Shown here piece by piece: positions 9,573-20,318 of a stretch of DNA of 64,000 nt (the first letter of the stretch is position 1; every line of letters begins with the position of its first letter). Origin of the DNA: a virus. The notes under the pieces were generated by a model, which was not told the origin of the DNA, did not search any database, and saw only the letters and a program-made list of their open reading frames with translations. Location of the stretch: IMG/VR virus record IMGVR_UViG_3300027741_000024, positions 1 to 64,000 of that record; one strand, given 5' to 3'. Made by a program: the position numbers and the translations under genes.

Positions 9573-11381
9573 ATGACATCAGCAATTTCTAAAAAATTAA
9601 ATTATTCTGTGGCCCAGCAGTTCAAGGAAGGTTTTTATGAACCTTCTCCTACTCTTGGATATGTTTTTATTGGTAATCATTTAAGCTATCAAGACGAAAA
9701 CACTGTACCATCTATTACCGACAGTATCAGAGATGAAAAAACTGTATGGAATAATATGATTGCCGCTAAAAAAATAACAGGTACGGATGTAGAACTTGTT
9801 ATTCCTAGAGTTAATTGGACCGCTAATACAAGATATAAACAATATGATGATGCCATTTCGGTATCAGATTTAATTACTGCTTGTGCTGCGGTATATAATG
9901 TAGCAAGTATTACTGTTAATACTAACGCAGTAGGTGTAAATAGTTTTGTTACATTTACTGGTGGTGGAACCTCTAACGTTGCTGCTAATGCAAGAATATA
10001 TGTAAATAGTCGAAACTATATTATTAATGTTGAGGTTATTGCTAATGGTTCATACACCAGCACACCAACCGCAACAGTAAATACTGGCAACGGAGTTCTT
10101 ACTGTAATCACTAATTCTGTATCTCCATATATTAACCCAGTTTATGTGATGACTACATCTCGAAATGTATATAAATGTTTGTCAAATAATTCTTCAGCAA
10201 ATTCAACCGTAGAACCAGTTGGAGATTATACGACATCAAATGGTAACATTTCTACTTCTGATGGATATATTTGGAAGTATATGTATAATGTTAAACCATC
10301 AAACAAATTCCTAACAAACGCTTGGATTCCAGTACCATCTTCAGTAAATCAAATAGATTATCAAAGTAATATATTGGATGTTGTTGATGGTGAAATTGCA
10401 ACAATCGTAGTATCAAATTCTGGATCTGGATATTATGAAAGTAATATTTCTATTCCTTCTACATTTCAATCTGGTTGTACCGTTTTCACACTTTCGGGTG
10501 AAGATATTGCAAATGCAAATGTTTCTATACAATCTGCTAACATGTCAATATCTGGAACAGGAGTTACTCCAGGGTCTTATATTTCTTCTATTGATATTGC
10601 AAATGCAAAAATAACGTTGTCGGCTCCAACTGTAGGTGCGGGTGGTGGTGGAACAACTGCAAATCAAGTATCTTTAACTACTAGAGTTTATGTGGATGGA
10701 GACGGTACACCTTTAGAGGGATATGCAACACTTAGTGCTAGTGGACAAATAAGTAAAGTCACTGTTACGACTATTGGAACTGGATATACGATAGCAAATG
10801 CTTACATATTTGGAACAGGAACTGGTTGTATAGTTAGACCTATTCTGGATCCAAAATATGGACATGCTTATAACCCAGCCAAAGAATTGGGTTGTTCTAA
10901 TGTAATGGTTGCTGTAAAAATTGGTGAAATTGACTCTACAGAAAATGGAGTAATTTCAGCAAATACCACATTTAGGCAATATGGTATTCTTGTGGATCCT
11001 CATAAATACGGTAGTTCTTCTGTTGTAACATCTGTAAATGCAAGCTCTGTGATATCACAAACTACCAATCTTCAACTTGTTACTGGTGCAAGTTATGCAT
11101 TAGATGAATTTGTTTATCAAGGAACATCTGCTAATTCTGCATATGCATATGGATTTGTTGTGGATCAACAAAATTTGGTTAGACTGACTAATGTTCGAGG
11201 TTCATTTACTGTAGGTGTTCCTCTTATTGGAGCAAATACTGGTACAAGTCGTTTGGTTATTGGATCCACGCTGCCAGAATTTCAACCCTATAGCGGTGAT
11301 ATTTTGTATACTGAAAACGCAATTAAAACAACCAGATCAGATGGTCAAGCTGAGAGTATTAAACTTGTTGTTAAATTTTAA
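9573..11381 (+). CDS. gp8: Baseplate wedge subunit gp8
   Basis: W.NMIAAKKI, VIPRVNW, VYKCLSN, DGYIWKYMY, GH......ELG, FRQYGI..DP and SGDILY.EN motifs. Confidence 0.9.
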   Translation: MTSAISKKLNYSVAQQFKEGFYEPSPTLGYVFIGNHLSYQDENTVPSITDSIRDEKTVWNNMIAAKKITGTDVELVIPRVNWTANTRYKQYDDAISVSDLITACAAVYNVASITVNTNAVGVNSFVTFTGGGTSNVAANARIYVNSRNYIINVEVIANGSYTSTPTATVNTGNGVLTVITNSVSPYINPVYVMTTSRNVYKCLSNNSSANSTVEPVGDYTTSNGNISTSDGYIWKYMYNVKPSNKFLTNAWIPVPSSVNQIDYQSNILDVVDGEIATIVVSNSGSGYYESNISIPSTFQSGCTVFTLSGEDIANANVSIQSANMSISGTGVTPGSYISSIDIANAKITLSAPTVGAGGGGTTANQVSLTTRVYVDGDGTPLEGYATLSASGQISKVTVTTIGTGYTIANAYIFGTGTGCIVRPILDPKYGHAYNPAKELGCSNVMVAVKIGEIDSTENGVISANTTFRQYGILVDPHKYGSSSVVTSVNASSVISQTTNLQLVTGASYALDEFVYQGTSANSAYAYGFVVDQQNLVRLTNVRGSFTVGVPLIGANTGTSRLVIGSTLPEFQPYSGDILYTENAIKTTRSDGQAESIKLVVKF

Positions 11382-11391
11382 AGGTTAAGAA

Positions 11392-14300
11392 ATGGCACTT
11401 ACTACGAATTTTAATGTTGATCCTTACTACGATGATTTTGATGATAATAAAGATTTTCATCGCATACTGTATAAACCAGGTAATGCAGTTCAAGCCCGTG
11501 AATTAACTCAATCACAAACAATTCTTCAAGATCAAATTAAAAAATTTGGTGACCATATTTTTCAAAATGGTTCGGTTGTAACTGGCGGACAAGTCACAAT
11601 TCAAAATACAGCGTATATTAATCTGGCCTCAACATATGCAACAAACGACATTTCATATATTGGATTTGATAAAGTTCAAATTTATAACTCTGCCAACACT
11701 AAACGTGCCTATGTTTTAGCGTCTTATGATGCAGATTCGCTTGCTGACCAACCTGTCACTTTGGTAATTAATCAATTATTTGGTGATCCATTTGTTGCTG
11801 GTGAAACAATTTATACAGCAAATACTGATACAAATGCTGTCACTTATTATGCGAATGTGGCAGCAACAAATCCAACAGGTAATAATCAAACTTTTTCTAT
11901 CAACAATGGTGTATTTTATTATGAAGGATACTTTGTAAAAAATCAACCTCAATCGGTTGCAATTGACAAATATAGTCGTAATGGTAATACAATTATTGGT
12001 TTTGAGGTTACTGAAGGTATTGTTGATTATACGCAAGACACTTCACTTCTCGATCCTGCACAAAGTTCGTCCAACTTCCAAGCTCCTGGCGCTGATAGGT
12101 ACAAAATCAGTTTACTTCTTGCAAAACGTGGTTTAACCAGTACAGACTTAAGCCAATTTATCGAATTAGCTACTATTAAAAATGGTTTGCCGCAAAAAGT
12201 TGTTCAAACTCCAATTTATGGTCCACTTGGTGATGAACTGGCTCGCCGAACGTCTGACGAATCTGGTGATTATGTAATTAAAAATTTTGAGATTTCTATT
12301 ACGGATAGTGAAGCAAATTCTGCGTTTGCAAACGTTACGTTGAGTGCAGGTAAAGCATATATTAAAGGTTATGAATTTCAGACAATCGCACCTACAGTAA
12401 TTAATATACCAAAACCAAGAACAGTAGAGTCTCTTGTTAATCAACCGGTTTCTATCAATTACGGTTATTATATTTACGCTAATAATTTATATGGTAATTT
12501 TGGAACCAACCAATTTAATACTGTAGAACTTTCTCTTTTAAATACGACACAAGCAACTAACTATTTAACAAGTGCTGCAACAGCAAATACCGCAGTGTAT
12601 GCCAATACAATTATTGGTTCTGCTAAAGTTAAAGGAACATCTTTTTATAGTTTTGGAGCCAATACTTTTGACAGTGGTGCATACACATACAAAGTTTTTT
12701 TAACTGATATTAATACAACACAATGTGGTTACGCTAATGGTACAGGTGTTCTTGCATTAGGAGGCGGTACAAGTACAGTTTTATTGCCTACAGGTTTTGC
12801 TGCAAACAATGATGTTTATAAAGGTCTGTTGCTAAAATTTACTGCTGGTACTAATGATACTTCAGAAAGAACAATTACTGATTATACGTATAGTCCTGGT
12901 GGTTCACCTACAGGAGTTTCAATAACTAGTACAGATGGATATTTTAGTTGTTCTCCAACATCTTTTGTTATGACACCTGGTCAACAAATTGCTCTTAGCG
13001 GTAGTATTGCACCAGTTGCATTAGGAAATTTAACATCCAATGTAACATCAATTACCGCCAATGGTAGAACAGTTAATAGTTGGATTACATTTTCAACTTA
13101 TGGTCTTAATCCAGGAGTAAATCCTGCCAACGCAAGGATATTTGTTTACGGTACTGGTGCTAATGCTGGTTACGTTCAGAACGTTACTATTTACGCTAAC
13201 GGTTCTTATAGTAATACACCAAACATAACTGGTTTAACATATTATGAAAATACGATAGCCGTTCCAACAAGTACATCAAACGCAACATTTATTATACAAG
13301 GTTCAGGTAACGTTAGAATAACTAGCACCGGTGGCGATTTCATTTATCCACCAGGATTTTCAGGACTAAAAGTTGGACAATCTGTTACGCTTGCTAACAC
13401 TCCCAATTCACAAGTAGGAATATCAGTAGGTGTGATGCCAGGTCAAGCATATTATGGATCAGGTTTTGCACCTGTAGGTACCTTTACTGGTAACATTACT
13501 AATGGTTATGCAAATACGTCACAAACTTATTACATTATTGCCACTAATGGTTCAACAACATTTAGATTATCGGCAACTCCTGGTGGTTCTGCTATTACGA
13601 CTTCAATTGGTTCACTTTATGGTATGTCGTTTACTGTTTCTGGTCCCACAATTACAAATTATGCGAATACATCAGCATCAGCACAAACTTATTACATTAT
13701 TGCCACTAATGGTTCAACAACATTCCAATTAGCAGCAAATATTGGTGATGCCACAAGTGTTATTACAACTGTACCAAGTACACCTATTGGATTGACATAC
13801 ACTGTAAGCGATGCTAGAATTGCAACTTTAAGTAATGGATTTTTAACGCCAGTTAGTAATAATCATCGTTTTGTAATGAATACTACTTTTGGTAGTGTAG
13901 AATCTTTAGTAGTTAGAAATACTTCAGGTCAGGCTATTACATATGCTAACGTATCTCCATCGTCAAAACTTTTGAGTTTGAATCCTCAGTTACTTGAAAG
14001 ATACGGTCGTTTTCAACCAGTTATTATTCAAGAAGTGTCGAATGAACCTTTGTTGATACGAATTGGTAAAACTAATGTAGCGGATAATTCAATAACGAAT
14101 TTCGTTTACACTTATCAAAGATTATATCAAAGTATTCCATTTAACGGTGGAGTTTCTTCGGCATTATCTGTAGGCACTGGCGAAACTTTAGTTGATCCTG
14201 GTAGTGCAACATCATCATCATCAGAATTACAATATTATGAAGTCATTGTAACTAATGCTGGTACTAGTACATCAATGGTAAAAGGCCAATATGTGCCAGC

Positions 14301-17300
14301 ACAACAATTCAGTGTAAGTACCGCAGATCGTACTATTTCAGTCGATGGTGGTGCCGACATGACAGCAAACATTTATGCTACAATTAGTGCATCTAATCCT
14401 ACATCAAAATCTAAAACATTCACTAAAGCGAATACAATTTTAGTTGAAAATACAGGTAGTGCCACTAAAGATATTTTTGGTAATGCTGCTGTTTTTGTGG
14501 CTACAGTCGATGGTCAAACACAGATTGCTGAAAGTTTTGTTGTTAAGAAACCAAATTCTCCTCAATATTTGTTTGTTACTGACGTACACTCAATCAATGC
14601 TATTTTTGATTTTAACGGCACAGCAATTAATCTTACAAATTATAATGCATTAAATGCATCAGCTAATGTAACTGATCGGTATACTGTAAATACTGGACAA
14701 AAAGATTCTTACTATGATTGGAGTGCAATTGTTTTAAAACCGGGAATAACTGCTCCACGTGGTCCTCTTCTTGTTCGGTACAATAGATTTAGATCAACAG
14801 GATCAGGATTCTTCAACGTAGACTCATATACACGGTTAGGTTCACAAGAAAATGGTGGAAAAGGTATTGACTATGGTCAAATTCCAATTTATACTACACA
14901 AACTGGTAATCCATTAAAACTCAGTGATTATTTGGATTTTCGTCCTGTTCGCAAGGATGGAGTTGATTCCGCCACTGCAAATTATTTTGTCTTAGATATA
15001 GAAGAGTCTGGAGTAGGTACAAAAATTCCTACACCTGGATCATTCGTATACATTAATTATTCTTACTATTTACCACGTATTGATAGAATTGTTTTAAATA
15101 AGAATAGACAATTTAATATTTTACAAGGTATTCCGGCAGTTAATCCTGTGGTTCTTCCTGAACCATCAGATGCTATGACTCTTTATATTTTGAGTTATCC
15201 ACCTTATTTAACATATCCTTCGTCAGTACAAATTCAATCGTTTAATAATCGCCGTTACACGATGAAAGATATTGGACTTTTAGAAAGAAGAATTCAAAAT
15301 CTAGAATTGTACACATCATTATCAATTGCAGAACTTACTACAATACAGAAAAATGATAAAACAATCCGTGATTCGGTTGGTTTATCTAGACCTAAAAATG
15401 GTATCTTTGTAGACTCATTTGTTGATAAAGGTTCTGCTGCAATTACGGCTCCAGATTTTAATGCAGCAATTGATATTGTTGGTCGACAACTTCGTGGTTC
15501 TTATAATCTTTATTCAACACACCTTATTACAGATACTACATTAAATTATAATACTGAACTTGACGGACCATTGTTAATGATGAACTCAAGTAATACAACA
15601 TTTATTATGCAAAATAGAGCGTCAAAAACTCTTAATATTAATCCATTTAATGTAGTTAATTTTCTTGGTACAATTAAACTTGATCCTTCTTCAGATGTTT
15701 GGAAATCAGATGTTCGTTTAGAGTCACAGAATATTGATCTATCTGGTGGTGATGCGGCACGTGATGCGTGGTCCTCAATTCAAAGCACCTCGTGGGGTGC
15801 ATGGAATACTCAGTGGACAACCACAAGTGAAGATTTAGGTACTACAACAACAAAAACTGCTTCTGGTACGAATGCTGCAGCAGTAAATCAATTTAATGCA
15901 ACTGGAGTTGCCAGTAGTGTCAATGGTGGAGGAACTCGGTATTCCATTACGGGTGATGTAACTACCACAACTACGAAAACAACAAAAGAAACGCAAACAT
16001 TAGATGCTAGCCGTACAGGCATTCTTTCTCAAATTGTTCCTCAACAATTAACCAAATCATTAGGTGATCGTTTAGTTGATGTAAGTGTAGTAAACTTTAT
16101 GAGAGAGAAAAATGTATTGGTAGTTGCTGAGAAATTTAAACCATACACGACATTATATCCATTCTTTGATAATACAAAAGTAACAAAATATGTTGCAAAA
16201 GTTAATCGTTTTGAGATGACGAAAAATAACTTAGAATATAAAACTACTATTGGAGATGCTGAAACTGTAAAGATTTATGCAGCTGCAGCAGATGGAACAT
16301 ATAAGTCAACTGATCTTATAGGAACAGGTGGTGTCGTTTTAACATCGAACAATAATGCATTCTTGGTTAATTTAGTTCCATCAACTGGATCAAATTGGGC
16401 ATCAGCAGCAACAAATGGTATTGCTGTCGTAGGTAATGTTACTGGTAAATCTTATATCTCTAAAAAATGGTATCATTCAACCGGTCGTGCAATTAGTGGT
16501 ACAACTAATACGATTGTTCTTGGACTTCATGCTGGTGGAGCACAAAATGCAACTGCATCTAACTTAATCGGTCAGACCATTTATATAATTTATGGAACTG
16601 GTAAAGGACAATCTGCCCTCATTTCTGGATACGATTCAGCCACAAGAACTGTTACAATCACTGGAAATTGGGCAACAAATCCAGATTCAAATTCAGTATA
16701 TTCAATAGGTAGTTTGGATACAACGGCTGAAGGTACTTGTGCTGCGGTATTCATTATTCCTGCTGATATATTCCGAACTGGTGAGAAATTATTCCGTTTA
16801 ATTGATGATCAAAACGGTAATATTGAAAATTCTCGCACTAATGGTGATGCAAGTTTCTATGCTCAAGGCATGGTACAAACTAAACAAGAAAGTACAGTTA
16901 CTGTATTTACTCCTACAGTAGTAAGAAGTACAGTATCAGAATCGTTTACAGCATCAACATCGTCAATTAAATCTGTAACTTCTGTTGATGTACAAAAGAA
17001 TGTTGTTATTGGTTATTATGATCCTTTGGCGCAAACATTCTTGATTAATCCAAAACAATATCCGCAAGGAACTGTTATTGATTCAGTTCGAGTATGTTTT
17101 AAAACTAAAGATGTTTCGGTTCCAGTTTCTTTACAACTTCGTCCTGTTGTTAATGGTTTTCCATCATCATCAACAATATATCCGTATGCAGAAAAAACAT
17201 TAACTCCAGATAAAGTTAATCTCTCTGAAATTCCTGATTTGAATGATCCAACCAAATACACTGAATTTAAATTTGATGTTCCCGTTTTATTGTTACCTGG

Positions 17301-18585
17301 AGAACATTCATTCGTTCTTGTATCGAATAGTAATGGATACGAAGCATTCGTTGCTGAAATGGGTGCAGTAGATTTAAGAACAAAAGATGCAAATGGAAAT
17401 GGTATTAAAATTTCTGAACAGCCTTATACTGGATCGTTATTCTTATCTCAGAATGGATCCACTTGGACACCAGATCAAACAACAGATTTGATGTTCTCTA
17501 TTCAAAAACGAGTGTTTAATACTGGTTTGGGATATGCTTACTTCAATGCAGACTTATCACAATATACAGAAAATATTCCTTATGACGTATTGCAATTAAT
17601 GTCAACTGATGCTATTGTTGCTAATACTGCTTTACAATATGATTTTTCTGCCGAGATGGATTTAGGTGGACAGCACAGTTTAATACCTCTTTTTCCAAAT
17701 GATGATTATACTTGCAATGACGGATATGGTCGTAGAATTTTAAATCCAACAACAGGTAATACATCATTTATATTACGTGCGACATTAAACACAACTAATC
17801 CTGATATATCACCTATGATTGATGTCAGTCGTATGAATTTACTGACGATTGAAAATAAAATTAATAATATGCCTCTGCAAAACAGTGGATTTGTAATTGT
17901 TAATGGTGGTTCTGGTTATACAGGTAACGCCGCAATTACTATTACTCCAGGTGTTGGAGGTGGTTCAGGTGCTGCAGCGATGGGATATGTTGTTGGTGGT
18001 GTTGTCACACGTATTGATTTGACCACCAACGGAGGTATAGGTTATTTAACTTCACCAACAATTACGGCAAGTGCTCCAGCTAGTGGTACAACTGCAATAA
18101 TTACTTATAATGGTGAAGATAAAGCAGTTGGTGGTAATAGTAACATACGATATATTACTAAGAAAGTTCAACTTGCTTCTGGATTTGAATGTGGTGATTT
18201 GCGTGTTTACATGGATGCATACCGACCATCAAGTGCTGGAATTCTAGTATATTATAAAGTATTATCTCCATCCGATTCAACTGTTTTTGAAAATAATAAC
18301 TGGCAGTTGATGACAGAGGCGGCAGACACGGTTAATTTTTCTTCGACAAATGAAGATGATTATGCTGAATTAACTTTTTCTCCTGGGTTATATGGAACTG
18401 GTATTTCTGATAATAGAATTTCTTATACTTCAGCAGCCGGTACAACATTTAATATTTTTAATGTGTTTGCAGTTAAAGTGGTTATGTATGGTTCAACTAC
18501 ATATGATGTTCCAAAAATATCCAATTTACGTGTTATTGCATTACCTGCTTCATCAGCAACACCAATATCCACTTTTACTCTATAA
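11392..18585 (+). CDS. Very large virion structural protein (VrlC/DUF4815-like), 2397 aa
   Basis: N-terminal NVDPYYDDFD..K.FHRILYKPG.AVQARELTQ.QTILQ.QI, APGADRYKI, LARRT.DESGDY, YYLPRID, RYTMKDIG.LERRI.NLE.YT and DPLAQTF motifs of the giant protein that follows gp8 in marine/freshwater T4-like phages. Confidence 0.85.
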   Translation: MALTTNFNVDPYYDDFDDNKDFHRILYKPGNAVQARELTQSQTILQDQIKKFGDHIFQNGSVVTGGQVTIQNTAYINLASTYATNDISYIGFDKVQIYNSANTKRAYVLASYDADSLADQPVTLVINQLFGDPFVAGETIYTANTDTNAVTYYANVAATNPTGNNQTFSINNGVFYYEGYFVKNQPQSVAIDKYSRNGNTIIGFEVTEGIVDYTQDTSLLDPAQSSSNFQAPGADRYKISLLLAKRGLTSTDLSQFIELATIKNGLPQKVVQTPIYGPLGDELARRTSDESGDYVIKNFEISITDSEANSAFANVTLSAGKAYIKGYEFQTIAPTVINIPKPRTVESLVNQPVSINYGYYIYANNLYGNFGTNQFNTVELSLLNTTQATNYLTSAATANTAVYANTIIGSAKVKGTSFYSFGANTFDSGAYTYKVFLTDINTTQCGYANGTGVLALGGGTSTVLLPTGFAANNDVYKGLLLKFTAGTNDTSERTITDYTYSPGGSPTGVSITSTDGYFSCSPTSFVMTPGQQIALSGSIAPVALGNLTSNVTSITANGRTVNSWITFSTYGLNPGVNPANARIFVYGTGANAGYVQNVTIYANGSYSNTPNITGLTYYENTIAVPTSTSNATFIIQGSGNVRITSTGGDFIYPPGFSGLKVGQSVTLANTPNSQVGISVGVMPGQAYYGSGFAPVGTFTGNITNGYANTSQTYYIIATNGSTTFRLSATPGGSAITTSIGSLYGMSFTVSGPTITNYANTSASAQTYYIIATNGSTTFQLAANIGDATSVITTVPSTPIGLTYTVSDARIATLSNGFLTPVSNNHRFVMNTTFGSVESLVVRNTSGQAITYANVSPSSKLLSLNPQLLERYGRFQPVIIQEVSNEPLLIRIGKTNVADNSITNFVYTYQRLYQSIPFNGGVSSALSVGTGETLVDPGSATSSSSELQYYEVIVTNAGTSTSMVKGQYVPAQQFSVSTADRTISVDGGADMTANIYATISASNPTSKSKTFTKANTILVENTGSATKDIFGNAAVFVATVDGQTQIAESFVVKKPNSPQYLFVTDVHSINAIFDFNGTAINLTNYNALNASANVTDRYTVNTGQKDSYYDWSAIVLKPGITAPRGPLLVRYNRFRSTGSGFFNVDSYTRLGSQENGGKGIDYGQIPIYTTQTGNPLKLSDYLDFRPVRKDGVDSATANYFVLDIEESGVGTKIPTPGSFVYINYSYYLPRIDRIVLNKNRQFNILQGIPAVNPVVLPEPSDAMTLYILSYPPYLTYPSSVQIQSFNNRRYTMKDIGLLERRIQNLELYTSLSIAELTTIQKNDKTIRDSVGLSRPKNGIFVDSFVDKGSAAITAPDFNAAIDIVGRQLRGSYNLYSTHLITDTTLNYNTELDGPLLMMNSSNTTFIMQNRASKTLNINPFNVVNFLGTIKLDPSSDVWKSDVRLESQNIDLSGGDAARDAWSSIQSTSWGAWNTQWTTTSEDLGTTTTKTASGTNAAAVNQFNATGVASSVNGGGTRYSITGDVTTTTTKTTKETQTLDASRTGILSQIVPQQLTKSLGDRLVDVSVVNFMREKNVLVVAEKFKPYTTLYPFFDNTKVTKYVAKVNRFEMTKNNLEYKTTIGDAETVKIYAAAADGTYKSTDLIGTGGVVLTSNNNAFLVNLVPSTGSNWASAATNGIAVVGNVTGKSYISKKWYHSTGRAISGTTNTIVLGLHAGGAQNATASNLIGQTIYIIYGTGKGQSALISGYDSATRTVTITGNWATNPDSNSVYSIGSLDTTAEGTCAAVFIIPADIFRTGEKLFRLIDDQNGNIENSRTNGDASFYAQGMVQTKQESTVTVFTPTVVRSTVSESFTASTSSIKSVTSVDVQKNVVIGYYDPLAQTFLINPKQYPQGTVIDSVRVCFKTKDVSVPVSLQLRPVVNGFPSSSTIYPYAEKTLTPDKVNLSEIPDLNDPTKYTEFKFDVPVLLLPGEHSFVLVSNSNGYEAFVAEMGAVDLRTKDANGNGIKISEQPYTGSLFLSQNGSTWTPDQTTDLMFSIQKRVFNTGLGYAYFNADLSQYTENIPYDVLQLMSTDAIVANTALQYDFSAEMDLGGQHSLIPLFPNDDYTCNDGYGRRILNPTTGNTSFILRATLNTTNPDISPMIDVSRMNLLTIENKINNMPLQNSGFVIVNGGSGYTGNAAITITPGVGGGSGAAAMGYVVGGVVTRIDLTTNGGIGYLTSPTITASAPASGTTAIITYNGEDKAVGGNSNIRYITKKVQLASGFECGDLRVYMDAYRPSSAGILVYYKVLSPSDSTVFENNNWQLMTEAADTVNFSSTNEDDYAELTFSPGLYGTGISDNRISYTSAAGTTFNIFNVFAVKVVMYGSTTYDVPKISNLRVIALPASSATPISTFTL
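13520..13724 (+). repeat. 43-bp exact direct repeat (13520-13562 and 13682-13724)
   Basis: cacaaacttattacattattgccactaatggttcaacaacatt occurs twice, in frame (QTYYIIATNGSTTF). Confidence 0.95.
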
Positions 18586-18601
18586 TAAAATAAGGTAAAT
18601 C

Positions 18602-18838
18602 ATGTACGTACAAATAGAATCTAATTCCAGTTTAATTAGAGATATTGATAACAGAGCACTGTTAAATACTAATCGTGAGGAGTTAATTACTTATTATACT
18701 GAAAGAGATTTAAAACTTAAAGAATTTGAAGATAAGAAATTAATTCAAGAAAAAGTAGACAATTTAGAAAAAGATATAACGGAAATAAAAGATATGTTAA
18801 AACAGATCGTACAGATGAGAACCCAAGATGGCAATTAA
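18602..18838 (+). CDS. Small hypothetical protein with C-terminal coiled coil
   Basis: 78 aa; LIRD...ALLN motif followed by a charged heptad tail; overlaps the next start. Confidence 0.75.
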   Translation: MYVQIESNSSLIRDIDNRALLNTNREELITYYTERDLKLKEFEDKKLIQEKVDNLEKDITEIKDMLKQIVQMRTQDGN

Positions 18839-19538
18839 TTCATTATCCACTGCTAATACTTTTCAAGAATGGTTGGTGACAACATCAACACTTGTTGCTG
18901 TTACCAATAATCTTACTGATGGATCGAATGGTTATCCACTTCTAATCAATTCACAACTTATTTTGCAGGGCTCAAATGCTAGTATAAACGTAAGAAATAG
19001 TGGTGCAATTAATCAACTATATGCTAATACAGCAAATATTTCTAATGTATCGTTTGCTACCAGTAACATATATTTACCCGCCAACGGAAGTTTAATTGGT
19101 GGTAACATTCAAATGGCCAACGTCACAAGTAATTTGACAGTTGGTGGCGATGCATTCATTTCAGGTAATCTTGTTGTATCTGGAAACGTAACATTAGATG
19201 CGCTTGGTTTTGATGAAATATCGATTGCTGGTGGTGCTTATATTGGTACAGTTTTAAATGTCAGTCAAGGTTCAACATTTACTGGTGATATTATTGCATT
19301 AAGTAATGTTAAAACGGTTAATGTTACAAGTAATTTATATGTGGGCGCAAATGCAACTGTATATGGTAATATTTCAATATCTGGAAATACAACGTCTCCG
19401 AATGTGAACACGGGTAATCTTACTGCCAATACATTAGTCTTAACTGGTTCATTGCGTGGTGCGGTAAATACTGCAATTTACAATTCAATTACAGCGGCCA
19501 TAGATGCATCAATTGGGTTTGCAATGGCACTTAGTTAA
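18828..19538 (+). CDS. Putative fibre/connector structural protein
   Basis: N-terminal TF.EW motif, GN(L/V)T(V/L) beta repeats, hydrophobic C-terminus GFAMALS. Confidence 0.65.
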   Translation: MAINSLSTANTFQEWLVTTSTLVAVTNNLTDGSNGYPLLINSQLILQGSNASINVRNSGAINQLYANTANISNVSFATSNIYLPANGSLIGGNIQMANVTSNLTVGGDAFISGNLVVSGNVTLDALGFDEISIAGGAYIGTVLNVSQGSTFTGDIIALSNVKTVNVTSNLYVGANATVYGNISISGNTTSPNVNTGNLTANTLVLTGSLRGAVNTAIYNSITAAIDASIGFAMALS

Positions 19539-19546
19539 TATAAATG

Positions 19547-19554
19547 CATAAATA
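19547..19554 (+). promoter_or_regulatory. Putative late promoter
   Basis: CATAAATA in the intergenic gap before 19574. Confidence 0.6.
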
Positions 19555-19573
19555 AAGAAAAACAGAGGATTTA

Positions 19574-19906
19574 ATGGCTAATAATTTTAAGAATTACACT
19601 TTAAAGTCTGTAGGAACTTCATCAACAAATGTATATGCTGCTGGTACGGGTGTTCAAGCCACTGTAATTGGTATGTCAATAGCAAACATGATTACTACTC
19701 CTATTTCCGCTAGTATTATTATAAACGGTGGAGGAATTACCGGTAACGTATTTCTTATTAAAGATGCGACAATTGCTCCCGGTGGTGCATTAATACCTAT
19801 TGGTGGTGATCAAAAATTTGTTTTGGAAGCAGGAGACTACTTGCAAGTAAACACTTCAATTGCGTCATCGGCTGACGTTATTTTATCGGTTTTGGAGATT
19901 AGTTAA
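19574..19906 (+). CDS. Small beta-rich virion adaptor protein
   Basis: 110 aa, MANNFKN...VY......ATVIGMSIAN...K.VLEAGD.L; similar layout to 20319..20657. Confidence 0.65.
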   Translation: MANNFKNYTLKSVGTSSTNVYAAGTGVQATVIGMSIANMITTPISASIIINGGGITGNVFLIKDATIAPGGALIPIGGDQKFVLEAGDYLQVNTSIASSADVILSVLEIS

Positions 19907-20301
19907 TGGCTTACCTAGGTAACACACCAGATATTAACAATTATACAATGGCCGTTCAAAAGTTTAACGGTACTGGTGCCTGTACTCAATTTACTTTGAG
20001 CCGGAACGTTAGTGATGCTAATACTCTGGCAGTTGTAGTTAATGGTGTTCTGCAAACTCCAGGTGATTCGTATTCAGTAACAAGTGGCATTCTAACTTTT
20101 ACTGAAGCACCAAATTCAAGTGCAAATAATATTACAGTAACCTATCTGGCATCAAGTGTCATAACATATAGTCTAGTATCTTCAAGTCAATTGTTGGCTG
20201 GTTCTGTAACTACTACTGCACTTGCTAAAGGTTCAGTGACAGATGATAAATTAGCTAGTACAGCAATTTTTGACGATGTATTTCTATTTGGTGGAATGTA
20301 A
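19906..20301 (+). CDS. Virion structural protein (MAYLGN.P family)
   Basis: F.G.G....FTL...V.VNGVLQ.P..SY....L.FTEAP domain plus VTxxxLA repeats; TAATG-coupled. Confidence 0.7.
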   Translation: MAYLGNTPDINNYTMAVQKFNGTGACTQFTLSRNVSDANTLAVVVNGVLQTPGDSYSVTSGILTFTEAPNSSANNITVTYLASSVITYSLVSSSQLLAGSVTTTALAKGSVTDDKLASTAIFDDVFLFGGM

Positions 20302-20318
20302 ATAAAGGAAAATAAAAA

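Noticed and set aside
13520-13724. Repeat pairs as a diversity-generating retroelement TR/VR
   Set aside because: This pair is identical, the gp7/gp8 pair differs at all base types rather than only adenines, and there is no reverse transcriptase in the window.
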